Assembly: GCF_009914755.1 (NCBI RefSeq)
Contig: NC_060935.1
DNA: 64,000 nucleotides
Source: the human T2T-CHM13v2.0 reference genome, Homo sapiens
Direction: 5' to 3' (one strand)
Numbering within the stretch: the first letter of the stretch is position 1; each line of letters starts with the position of its first letter. Positions 29,217 to 40,856 of this stretch are shown piece after piece. A program made the translations under genes and the position numbers. A model generated the notes under the pieces. It had not been told where the DNA came from, ran no database searches, and saw nothing but the letters and a program-made list of their open reading frames with translations.

Positions 29217-29527
29217 TGACAGAGTCTCACTCCATCTCCCAGGCTGGAGTGCAGTGGCGTGATCTCAGCTCACGGCGGTATCCACCCCCAAGGTTCACGC
29301 CATTCTCCTGCCTTGGCCTGCTGCTCATCCCATTTTTCAATTTCTGAGTTTTTGAGTAGCTGGGATTACCGGTGCCCGCCATCATGCCAGGTAATTTTTG
29401 TAGTTTTATTAGAGACAGGGTTTCTCCATGTTGGCCAGGCTGGTCTCGGACTCCTGACTTCAGGTGATGCGTCCACCTCGGCCTCCCAAACTGCTGGGAT
29501 TATAGGCGTGAGCCACCGCGCCCGGCC
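29175..29527 (-). mobile_element. AluS-like element with ~33-bp internal foreign insert
   Basis: Alu dimer; TSD GTGATTTCT at 29166-29174 and 29531-29539; non-Alu sequence at about 29320-29352. Confidence 0.9.
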
Positions 29528-30174
29528 CCGGTGATTTCTATTCTGCTCCCTTACCCATGGCTTCAGTATCCTGCTAGGCCTGAAAATGTATATCCAAGAT
29601 AGAGCTATATCAGAAGGCAACTGAATATTTATTCAGGGCTGTAATGGACAACTTGCACTTCCTGTTGTTTTGGGACAAATATTAGAACTCTGTCAATCCA
29701 TGGAAGCTTCGTCTAAATGTCTGGCATGCAGGGATGCATCAGGTTTTCTAAATTAAGGCCATATATGGTATCAAATATTAAAGTAAAGGAGACTTTGAGG
29801 ACATTTTGGTTAATTTTATAGCATAGACAAGGGAAGCGAGGCTTAAAGAACTGCAGATAATTGTTTCTGTTTACACAACTAGTTACTGGAAGAATCAAAA
29901 TTCATTTTCCATTTAACACTCTCTTCTCTACATGCCATTTTCAATTTTTGAGGGCTTATTACTTCTGATTCTCATAAACCAGAAATAGTATGAGTGCTAT
30001 CCTGAGTTTTATGCCTTTGGAGTTTGATATCACCAATATATGATGTTCAAATGCTTGGTGTCCTGCAGAACCACTTACAACATTCTCCTTATGGAAAATG
30101 AAAGAGTGAAGAATTTCCCAGAGGAAGCAGAGGGAATTATTTTAGAGAACTTTGCAGATCCCCTGAATAATATG

Positions 30175-30191
30175 TCCTTTTTTCTTAGCAG
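30175..30191 (+). promoter_or_regulatory. Probable splice acceptor of the OR4D5 coding exon (tandem TAG/CAG)
   Basis: Polypyrimidine TCCTTTTTTCTTAGCAG|G ending 27 nt before the ATG; typical OR architecture with upstream non-coding exons. Confidence 0.6.
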
Positions 30192-30218
30192 GTTCATTGA
30201 CAAGGTCATACCAACCAG

Positions 30219-31175
30219 ATGAATCCAGCAAATCATTCCCAGGTGGCAGGATTTGTTCTACTGGGGCTCTCTCAGGTTTGGGAGCTTCGGTTTGTTTTCT
30301 TCACTGTTTTCTCTGCTGTGTATTTTATGACTGTAGTGGGAAACCTTCTTATTGTGGTCATAGTGACCTCCGACCCACACCTGCACACAACCATGTATTT
30401 TCTCTTGGGCAATCTTTCTTTCCTGGACTTTTGCTACTCTTCCATCACAGCACCTAGGATGCTGGTTGACTTGCTCTCAGGCAACCCTACCATTTCCTTT
30501 GGTGGATGCCTGACTCAACTCTTCTTCTTCCACTTCATTGGAGGCATCAAGATCTTCCTGCTGACTGTCATGGCGTATGACCGCTACATTGCCATTTCCC
30601 AGCCCCTGCACTACACGCTCATTATGAATCAGACTGTCTGTGCACTCCTTATGGCAGCCTCCTGGGTGGGGGGCTTCATCCACTCCATAGTACAGATTGC
30701 ATTGACTATCCAGCTGCCATTCTGTGGGCCTGACAAGCTGGACAACTTTTATTGTGATGTGCCTCAGCTGATCAAATTGGCCTGCACAGATACCTTTGTC
30801 TTAGAGCTTTTAATGGTGTCTAACAATGGCCTGGTGACCCTGATGTGTTTTCTGGTGCTTCTGGGATCGTACACAGCACTGCTAGTCATGCTCCGAAGCC
30901 ACTCACGGGAGGGCCGCAGCAAGGCCCTGTCTACCTGTGCCTCTCACATTGCTGTGGTGACCTTAATCTTTGTGCCTTGCATCTACGTCTATACAAGGCC
31001 TTTTCGGACATTCCCCATGGACAAGGCCGTCTCTGTGCTATACACAATTGTCACCCCCATGCTGAATCCTGCCATCTATACCCTGAGAAACAAGGAAGTG
31101 ATCATGGCCATGAAGAAGCTGTGGAGGAGGAAAAAGGACCCTATTGGTCCCCTGGAGCACAGACCCTTACATTAG
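30219..31175 (+). CDS. OR4D5: Olfactory receptor family 4 subfamily D member 5 (class II OR, 318 aa)
   Basis: Intact intronless 7TM ORF with OR motifs: N5 glycosylation site, [43 protein letters not shown]-terminus [12 protein letters not shown] recognised. Confidence 0.95.
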   Translation: MNPANHSQVAGFVLLGLSQVWELRFVFFTVFSAVYFMTVVGNLLIVVIVTSDPHLHTTMYFLLGNLSFLDFCYSSITAPRMLVDLLSGNPTISFGGCLTQLFFFHFIGGIKIFLLTVMAYDRYIAISQPLHYTLIMNQTVCALLMAASWVGGFIHSIVQIALTIQLPFCGPDKLDNFYCDVPQLIKLACTDTFVLELLMVSNNGLVTLMCFLVLLGSYTALLVMLRSHSREGRSKALSTCASHIAVVTLIFVPCIYVYTRPFRTFPMDKAVSVLYTIVTPMLNPAIYTLRNKEVIMAMKKLWRRKKDPIGPLEHRPLH

Positions 31176-31689
31176 CAGAGGCAGTGACCTGAGAATCTGA
31201 AAGATGCTACAGGGTATTAGCCTGCTGGATAGGACCCTCGAGGTAGATAAAATCTATGCCTACTTCTTCTCCATTGTTCTTAACCTCAATCAGGTTCTGG
31301 TGACCTGAACTATTAGCCACAATAGAAGATGGGATGAGTGTCTTAGAACTGCTTCTAAATGCCTCCCAGATAAAAAGTATCAAGTTCTATGTAGAAGTAC
31401 TGTTTGGCTCAGGGGCCACTTTCCCACGTAAGAATGATGTTGGCCTTGCTGAGAAAGTTTCAACTAGTAAATCTGGTGTCTCTTTCCTGATATCACTTTT
31501 TGGACACAAAGTACATTGGAAGAGCTTAAAATATTTTTAAATTTCTTTGAGACAAGGGTTCTCTTGAAATATTGGACCCTGAGTCCCAGTGGAGACTGAT
31601 TGATTGATTGACTGTTCGTCAATGAGGAAAAAGGAAATTACCTTGGGCAAATCACTTTCTTCCTCATAGTTTCCTAGGGTCACTGTTGT

Positions 31690-32800
31690 TGCCATCAGTG
31701 TCATCATCATCATCATATTAATAACATTTAGTTAGAACTTACTATGTTCCAGACACTGTACCAGGTGATTTACATTTATTATTTTAATTTTCTCAAAATT
31801 CTTAGGAGGTAGGTATCATCTTTACTTTAAACATGAGTCCATTACAAATTAGAGACATTAAATAACTTACTTAAGGCTACAGAGCTTGTTTTCTGGAATT
31901 CAACCCAAGTCTATACAACATCAGAGCCCAAGTGCTCAACAGTACCTAAAACGTCTTATAGATTCTAAGGATCTGTGGGTTTATGTCATCACAGATAGAG
32001 TTTATATCATCGTGAGTTATACTGACATCATAGATAGACTTGGCATTTGATCCATCTTTTAAAATATGACTTGATCATTCTCTCCCTTACAATCACTCAG
32101 AGGCTTTCCATTGCCTTTAAAAAAAAAATCCACATGACTATTATAGATAAGATGTTGTCTGACCTGGCCTCCACCCATCTCTCCAATCTCACTTCTCTAA
32201 CTCCACTCTTTTCTAACCCTCTGTTTGCATTTACTTCTGTCAGTTTCTCTTTACTTCTTGAGTTTGCAAATACTCTTTGCTATCTCTGGGATGCTCTTCT
32301 CTTCATCCTTGCCTGGCAAACTGTTGCTCAATCTCAATCCTCGGTCTAAAGGTCACTTCCTCAAAGATGTGTTCACTGATCTTTAATCCGAATTAATTTG
32401 TCCTTATTAGTTTCTCTAACAAAACTCAAAAGTATTTATCACAGATTTCAATTACACACTGATTTATGTATTTATTTATTAATATTTTTTGTCAGCCATC
32501 GCCCACTAGACTATAAATTCTATAAAAGAAAGGGCCGTGTTTAGCTTACTTAATACTGTATTCTCCAAGCCTAGCACCACAGCCTAGATGAGGGTGCAGC
32601 AACAGAGGGGCCTCATGTCAACAATGAGCAGACATTTACTATCGAGTTTGTACACAGCCTGACCCTGCGCTAACACTCCCCTAAAAGTGCATGTCTCTTT
32701 AAAATTTGTTCTGTAGACATCTTCCTTGGCTCACCCTAGTTGGAGCCTTGCCATATTAGAGATTTAATAATATTTCTTAAAGGAATGATTAAATGAGTGT
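31690..32800 (+). mobile_element. MIR (about 31690-31940) and L2 (about 32050-32800) remnants between the two OR genes
   Basis: TTACTATGTTCCAGACACTGT...GGAATTCAACCCAAGTCT (MIR); GGTCACTTCCTCAAAGATG...CCACTAGACTATAAATTC (L2 3' end). Confidence 0.6.
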
Positions 32801-33468
32801 TGCCATATTTCAGTTTGTTGCCATATTTGAGTTTGTTAGTAGAGTTTGACTTAGGAATTAGGGCTATCCAAATATTTCACTGGTCTTAACATTCTTCCTT
32901 TATGAGATTCCTATAGGAGCTGCTAGTTACATAAGGAGCAATAACAAATGCAAATCAGAGAACCATTTATTACTGCAGCCAGAATTTGATTTTCTAATAA
33001 TACAGAGGTTCTGGTTAATTTTATTTGCAGTACCCAGTCTAGTTGGAAGACCTCAGAGACCCTCTTACTCCCCACTGAGCTCCAAATCTGAATCTCCATA
33101 TTTCAGCATCTTCTGATTGGCTACATGACACAGGAGACTGAGGCAGTAAGAAAAGTGTTTAAGCACACACGAAGAGAAGGAGGAGCCTCCCTGTATGCGG
33201 GTCACGTGCTCACACATGCTCTCCAATCCAAGGATTCCATCTTGAAAGAAATTTGACCAATTGGATCAGCCTTCTCTGTGGGGAGGAGGAGGCACAAGGA
33301 AGGTTGTAGGGAGGGAAAATGAAGGTTTACCACCGTATTTCATGTTGTATATTTATGAAGACTGTTCTTTCATTAGCTGAGAAAAGTGAACAGTGTTGCC
33401 TACATCCCTTAAACTTCTTGCACATTTAAAAAATTTTCAATAAACATTTAATCTCCCATTTAATAAGA

Positions 33469-34440
33469 TCATTTCCTTTGACTTGTGACCCTCAGTTTCA
33501 TCACAGCAGTGAGCCTGGGCCACCCCAAGGCTTCTCTCAGTGCTTGCTGCACCTTGTCATTGCGGAGAGTGAAGATGAATGGGTTCAAGAGGGGTGTGAT
33601 GATGCAGCTCAGGACGGAGGCACCTTTGTTGAGCAGTTTGGACTGAGCCTCTGACATACGAATGTAGAGAAAGATGGAACTGCCATAGATGATGACCACC
33701 ACTGTAAGATGCGAGGCACAAGTGGAAAACGCTTTCCTTCGCTCAGCAGCTGTAGGGGCCCTGAGAACAGTGGCAAGAATGCAGGCATAGGAAACTGAGG
33801 TCAGAGCCAGTGAGCCCAGTAACACCAACGTAGACAGCATGAAAGCCACCAGTTTCAGCAGGTGGGTGTCCCCACAAGAAAGCCTGAGCAAGGGCCAACT
33901 GTCACGAAAGAAGTGGTCAATACCATTGGGGCCACAGAAAGGCAGGCTGGCCATGAGGACAGTGGGGCAAAGGACCCAGAGGAATCCAGCTAGCCAGGAG
34001 GCCAGCACTAGTTGGGAACAGACATGGCCATTCATCAGGGTCTCATAGCGGAGTGGTCGGCAGATTGCCAGGTAACGATCCAGAGACATGACGGCCAAGA
34101 GGAAGAAGTCAGTGGTGCCTAGAAAGAAGTAGAGGTAGGACTGGATGATGCAGCTGACAAATGAGATGGTGTGATCCCCCGTGAGGATGACGACAAGCAT
34201 CTTGGGAACCACAACAGTTACCAGCAACAGCTCCAGGAAGGAGAAATTCCGCAGGAAGAAGTACATCTGTATGTGCAGGCGTTGGTCTATCCAGCTGAGC
34301 ACAATAATTAGCAGCTTGCCTGTGGCTGTTACAATGTAGGTCACCATTAACCCCAGGAACACCAGGAACTGTATGAGGTGGCTGCTGGGGAAACCCAGAA
34401 GGACAAAGCTTGTTACCTGAGTCCAGTTTTCAGGGTTCAT
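33469..34440 (-). CDS. OR6T1: Olfactory receptor family 6 subfamily T member 1 (323 aa)
   Basis: Intact intronless 7TM ORF: N5 glycosylation site, MSLDRYLAICRPLRY, KAFSTCASHL, PLLNPFIFTLRN. N-terminus MNPENWTQVTSF recognised. Several conserved residues are altered (see findings). Confidence 0.95.
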   Translation of the reverse strand: MNPENWTQVTSFVLLGFPSSHLIQFLVFLGLMVTYIVTATGKLLIIVLSWIDQRLHIQMYFFLRNFSFLELLLVTVVVPKMLVVILTGDHTISFVSCIIQSYLYFFLGTTDFFLLAVMSLDRYLAICRPLRYETLMNGHVCSQLVLASWLAGFLWVLCPTVLMASLPFCGPNGIDHFFRDSWPLLRLSCGDTHLLKLVAFMLSTLVLLGSLALTSVSYACILATVLRAPTAAERRKAFSTCASHLTVVVIIYGSSIFLYIRMSEAQSKLLNKGASVLSCIITPLLNPFIFTLRNDKVQQALREALGWPRLTAVMKLRVTSQRK

Positions 34441-34450
34441 CTTCAGTCAC

Positions 34451-34472
34451 CTGCAGGGGAAATGAAACAGAA
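34451..34472 (-). promoter_or_regulatory. Probable splice acceptor of the OR6T1 coding exon
   Basis: Minus strand reads TTCTGTTTCATTTCCCCTGCAG|GTGACTGAAGATG. Confidence 0.7.
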
Positions 34473-36589
34473 CTCTGTAACTGGTCTATAGCTACCAATC
34501 ATCATTTAACCAATCGGTAAAATAATATTGAACACCCAACACTTCCTTACATTCTGAGAATATGTTGATCTATAGTTTGGTCTGCACGTGACTTACAAAG
34601 AGAGAAACAAATTACAATAGTAAGCAGCATGGCAATATTGAACATCAGTTATATATCTGAAAATTTACACGGTGCACAGTATCTCTTCTCCTAGCTACTC
34701 TTAAAACTATGTTTTACTATTTTCAAAGATAAGAAAAGGATGACGAAGGGAGTTTAAGTGACTCTTCTATGATCAGGTAGGAAACAGGTGGTAGAGGCAG
34801 GATTTCATACTGAGCTTCTGTGACTCCAGCACATGCTGCTGATACTGTTGAGCTCAGGCAGAGAACCGTGTGAGTAGTGTGGCTTTAGACGAGTCCAGAG
34901 GAGTAGAGGGGTCAGAGAAGACTTCACAGAACAAATGCACCATGAACAAATTTTACTGGTATTAAGAACTCTCATTTTAGTGTTTATGGTCCTTCTGTGT
35001 CCTGGCTTGACATAAAATAACAGAATTTAAAAATCTGGGCTCTCGGTATCCTCAGAGATTTAATTTTCATTAGTCAGCCATGAAGCCAAATAGGACCGGA
35101 TTGTGCAAAGCCCAGTCCTGTCATAAAGTGTTATTTTTCTTTTTTCCCCCAATCCAGACTCCTGTAGAATGCTAGAAATCCTTCTTCCTTGTGGAATGCT
35201 TACTAGCTTCTCTTACCTTCAGCTTGCTCAATATTCTAATAGTATAAAATGAGGAATAAGGGAGAATGGTCTCAAAGGAGATGGTATATATCAACTTGCC
35301 TTCTCAACTTTTGCCTTAATTTGGAGATATGTTCATCTTGTCCTTGGAGCTTTTGGAATCCTGTAAAATGTATCCACATGTTTTGAAGGACTGGATTTCA
35401 TTAGACAATTAGATATCTTGGGTTCTTTTTTTTTTTTTTAAACATCTAGCACCAAATACTCAGAATCACATAGATTTGGCCTAATCAGGGAAAATGGAAA
35501 ATGTTCTAAGACAAAAAGAATGAAAATGAGCATCAAGTTACATTGTTTAATTGACAAGGAATGAAGTGTTGAGAGTTTAGACAGTTTAACTGAGGAATAT
35601 CTATTACTTCAGACCAACAGTGTTAAAGACGAGGAGCACAGATATTTTCTCAATTCTGTCTGAAGCTACTTTAACAGATAGTATTGAACTGAGGCAAGAA
35701 ATCCAGGTTTGAAGGATATTTCTGTTCTGTTTACATCAATTTTGGAAAGAATAAGTCTGGGATTTAAGTAGCTAAGTAATAATAATGCTTCATTCTGCTA
35801 GTCTAGGGCTTGTGTCTCCAAAATCAAAGAAATACCATAATAAAACCCAGCAAAGGAGGCCAGAGCACTGTTTCAGGATAACATAATCATTTCAGATAAG
35901 GAAAACATGCTACTGTGGCTATTTCCAAAGCTTTGGTTAAATATTATTAAAAGTAACTTATAAAGTCCGTCAAACACACAAAATCAGTTTCTGGCTACTG
36001 TGATAAAATACATGCACTAAAGTCTGTTCTCTAGCCTCTCTTTGTCAACCTGAATAACTGCTTATCAGTTCTGGAGAGCCTCATCAGTTGGCTGGCTGTC
36101 TCTCAAAACGCCAGACCATAACACTATCATCCCTGTATACGCATGTTTACAATTTTGTCATTTTCAACCTCAAAATAATCTTAATGCTTTAAATCATTTG
36201 CTTAATGTCACACAGAAGTTGTTTGTACTATAGTTGGAAATGTTTTTTTGTTCCTATGTATTTTGCACTAAAAATACTGGTTAACAAGATGAGAATCAGT
36301 GAAGGGAATTAGAACTTTGAGGGACTCACATGCACACATTTTTCATTGACATAATGATCTAATTTACACAATTAGATAACTATTATTATTGTCCACTTTA
36401 TAATTGAGCAAACTAGAACAGTGTGGGAAAAAAATACCCACCCTCAAACACAAAGCTAAGATACACATCTAAACTTATCTGACTCTGGTGTGTGTCTATG
36501 GCACTAGTGGATAAGACCATGAAATTTGAACCTATCAAGGGAAAAAAAGGATGTGGATTTAGAATGCCATAATATAATGATGCTTCTAA

Positions 36590-36810
36590 TGATAACAGCT
36601 AGAACTTACTGAGTAGTTACTATATGCCAGAGACTTTGTATTTATTTCATTGTGAAATATCTCAGCAACTATACGTTATTATTCTCTCCATCATACAGGC
36701 AAGGTTTAGGGTTCGAGGGATTAAGGACCCACATTAGTGAGTAGTAGAGTTAGTGAATAAAATTTTGGCAGTCTGAATTCAGAGCCTGAATTATTAGCTG
36801 CTAAACCACA
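36590..36810 (+). mobile_element. MIR
   Basis: ACTTACTGAGTAGTTACTATATGCCAG...GCAGTCTGAATTCAGAGCC. Confidence 0.65.
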
Positions 36811-37203
36811 ATATCTTATGTATGAGAGTTTGTCATTATAAATTTGATTTGATATCAATTTCCACTTGTCATCTTACTTCATCTGTCAACTAATGATAGG
36901 AATTCTACATATAGAAATAAATTGTTATAGTTTAAAGATTTGATCCTGAAAAAATGAAAACATCCCCCAGGATATGTGTTAGGTTGAGTTTCATCCAAAA
37001 GTCTTTCAGCTCCTCCTCCAGAGCAGTGGACAGTAGAGGTTATCGTCCCAATCACCACTCCCTATTCCCAGAAGATGGACACACCCCACCCCCTTGAATA
37101 AGTTTTTGAAACTTGTTTCTTCTTGTCTTTCAAGTTCTATTTCAGGATGTGCTGCATTTATATCACATAGAAATGGAAGCATTTTACTTGGCAACAAAGA
37201 TGA

Positions 37204-37531
<328 letters not shown>

Positions 37532-38034
37532 CATACACTTTATTTCTAGCCACTAACTGCTTATAGATCTAGAAGCACACATAAATACATACTTATTTTA
37601 TCAGTCCCCAGTAAGTATTCCCTTATGGCATTACTACATTTTGCTTGTTATCCTGAATTTGATGGAATCATCAAAATCGTCCTATCTCCCTTTTGTAAGA
37701 TGGAACTTCCCTGCCAGGGCGTACCATACACCTGTGCTTATCAGACTCTTTCTCTAGCCCTTCATCCATCTGGACCATTTGCTTTTGTAAATTTCTCCTT
37801 GGCTGACTGATATTTGCTAATGTGTGTATTTAGTCTGCCTAACCTTGTTACCTCTCAGTTTGCAGTCCTTTCATGCCTTCCTTGGCCAAATCCTTCCCAT
37901 TTTATTGACAACACTATTGCTTACTTTTCTTCCCTTTCTGCTCTGTAGATGTACTCTGGGAATCTTGAAGTTTGAATGGATTTTACACCGTATTAATCAA
38001 GGGTGACTTTAGATTTATTGGATTTTTCCTAAGA

Positions 38035-38202
38035 GTATGGAAAACTTGCACTGGAATCACCTGGTCTGTTTCTTAAAAATGCCGATTTCTAGGTTCTACC
38101 TATAAAATTGCAATTATTCTCTGGGTTTAGGGCTCAGGAATATAAATTTATATCAATTTGTATGGGTTATTCTTATTCAATCAAAAGTTGGAGAAATACT
38201 GG
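38035..38202. mobile_element. MER5-like hAT DNA transposon
   Basis: GAATCACCTGG...TTAAAAATGCCGATTTCTAGG...AAAGTTGGAGAAATACTG. Confidence 0.65.
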
Positions 38203-38666
38203 CTTTTGGGAGAAGGAAAAGTGTTGAGCAGGTTTGAGTATTATTAGGGTAAAGGACTGAAGTGTAAGGGAGGGGAAGGTTGAAGGTCAGATCTAGAAGG
38301 GCCTGCATATGGGAGGCCGAGTTTTCTAAACTAAAAGCATCACCAACTTTTTAATGTGGTGATAGAACTAACTATGCGGATGACCCAGAGCAGCAATAAA
38401 TCTAGCTTTCTGAATTCTCACAACATGTGTGGATGGCTGTTGCAGCCTCTAATATGTCCACAGGCATGCAGAGGCTATTTTTTTTTTTCAGGTGTGGGCT
38501 AGCAAAGTATTCTCACAAGGGTGAGACTGCACACTTGTTGTGTGCTGGATAATCTACCAGGTACAGGAGGTACCTAGCAGAATGAGCTGAATAAACTACT
38601 GAGGAGCTCATAGTATATAAGGGTTGGATACATGTAAATGATAAATTCCATTATAACTCAAATTCC

Positions 38667-39424
38667 ATGAGCCTTTAAACTCATCAGGTCAAAATCGGTT
38701 TTTAACTTAGCAAATAGCATGCTCTGTTCTTGCCATCTTCAAAGCAGCATATACTTATGTAATAACTATGAATATATTTTGAACAGTAGTTTGATAATCC
38801 TTATATTCTTATTTTCTTTATTTCCTCTTATTTTCAATTTATTTCTATATGTAGAATTCCTATCATTAGTTGACAGATGAAGTAAGATGACAAGTGGAAA
38901 TTAATATCAAATTTATATTAATAAATATAATCTTTATATTCTTATTTGCACATATGTGCAAATTGTACACCCAGGTGATCAATGGAGATTAGAAAAATAT
39001 TTGAATCTTACTCATCATTAAGTAGGACAAATAAAAAATTATCTTCTCATTTATATATATGTCAATTAAATCCATGACAAAAGTAAAATCACAGTTTCAT
39101 GGGGGAAGAGAAAAGGAAGGTAAAATTTTGTTTGGGGACAGCATGGGACATTTCAAAAGTTTAGTAACATTTAACTGGATGTTTATAGAATAAGTTTTTT
39201 TCCAGACCAAGCAGACACGTGAGTCTTTTAGGTTTAGAGTAGCCAAATACTAACATTTTGAGTTTTTTAAATAGGAGAATAAGGTTATGAAGATTATCAA
39301 ACTACTGTTCAAAATATACTCATAGTTATTACATAAGTGCTTCCTGCTTTGAAGATAGCAAGAACAGAGCATGCTATTTGCTAAGTTAAAAAACTATTTC
39401 GAACTGATGAGTTTAAAGGCTCAT
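38667..39424. repeat. Inverted repeat, 133-bp arms (38667-38799 and 39292-39424), about 92% identical
   Basis: Manual alignment: 123/133 identical without gaps; weaker similarity extends about 24 bp further inward. Confidence 0.92.
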
Positions 39425-40707
39425 TAGAACATGGGCTGAGTTGGCTTTTGAGACAGACAAAAATATAAGGTCTACCTTTGAATCTTTCTCATCTCTGGTA
39501 GTAGTATCATAATATTCTTGCTTTTTAGTAATTACCAAATAATCTTATTAATGTAATTTAAAAAGGTGTGTGAATATTTCCAGGTGTTTGCTTTTTATGT
39601 AGAAATACTTTGTGTTGAAGGCTTTAGATAAAATGGCTAACATTGTAATTGCAGAATAAAAAAATTTCTCTGAAATTGTCTATTTTGGGCAGGGTACAAT
39701 GTCTTGTGATCTCTCAAATGTAATAGGTTACCAATTGCTCCTCTGTATGTAAAACCTTATCTTTCCATGAAACTTCAGTGAGTACTTTAAAGATAAACTT
39801 TCCAAAAGCTGGAAGCTTCTTAACTCAGTCCCTAGTGAAAAAGAAAGTTGTTAGGGTCATTTTCTGGATACTCAAAATATGCAAATCAGAGCTTCTCATA
39901 ATGCAGTGCTGTACTTTATGGGCTCAAGTGTTGGTTTATCTGTGCAGAACTCAATAGCTGAGGATATAAATGAAGAGCTGTCATTCCTATCTTCCATCAG
40001 TAAATAGAAATTGTATAGCTGTGTACAATAAAATGTATCATAGTTTTAGTACTCTAAATCTTTATGCCTTAAATTACTTATAAACAAAACTCCTTGATTC
40101 CAATGAGTCCAGTTTTAAGTCAAGAATAAAAATAAATTTTGGATATATGAAGTTGCCTGACATAGGAGGTGATATAAGTTATCTCCTTTACCTGTTCCAA
40201 TACTGCATTTCTTAGGCTTCTTCCCCTGGCCAGTTTGAGGAATGTGCACTCAAAAGTTCTATCAGGATCCTGTTTATGTTCAATGGAGCACACAGAAGGC
40301 TTCTTGAATCTGCAGTTCTTTATGCTTCAAGTAATACCAAGCAAAACTCCTTCTCAGTGTTGAAAGAGAAGTTACTATAAATTTGCATGATTATTTCTTT
40401 GTACCTCCAATCAATTAAAATTTACTTTAACTTGCTTTGAATGGAAATCTCAAAAGGGAATAACTTTGACCAAAGTTCTCTAAAAGTAAACTAATGTAAT
40501 TAGTCCTTCAAGGCTTTAGGGGGTGAGACGTTTGAGATTTGTCATAGAGTATGAACTGTACTTCTTCAAAAAAAGATAGAGCTACTTCTTGGGTACAGAA
40601 GTAGTAGAAAACTTGTTACTGTATTTGAACTTTAAGAAATTCTCTTAAGCTAGGTAGTGACTCAGTGAGGCCTTGGGTATCTTGACGATGTAATGAAATT
40701 ATAACAA

Positions 40708-40856
40708 ATATATCCATATATATTTATCCATATATATATATGGATATATATTTATCCGTATATATATCCATATATATTTATCCATATATATATGGATATA
40801 TATTTATCCGTATATATATCCATATATATATGGATATATTTGAATATATATATATG
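40708..40856. repeat. AT-rich compound minisatellite with internal palindromes
   Basis: ~52-bp unit repeated about 2.5 times, built from ATCCATATATA / TATATGGAT blocks. Confidence 0.9.

Noticed and set aside
30040-30222. 60-aa ORF whose stop overlaps the OR4D5 ATG (ATGA)
   Set aside because: Lies mostly upstream of the probable splice acceptor, so it is intronic; no homology recognised.
30197-31192. Alternative-frame ORFs overlapping OR4D5 (and 33839..34048 antisense to OR6T1)
   Set aside because: Shadow ORFs of GC-richer coding sequence.
32798-32833. 18-bp tandem duplication (similar small ones near 14906, 20430, 45882 and 60050)
   Set aside because: Ordinary slippage duplications.
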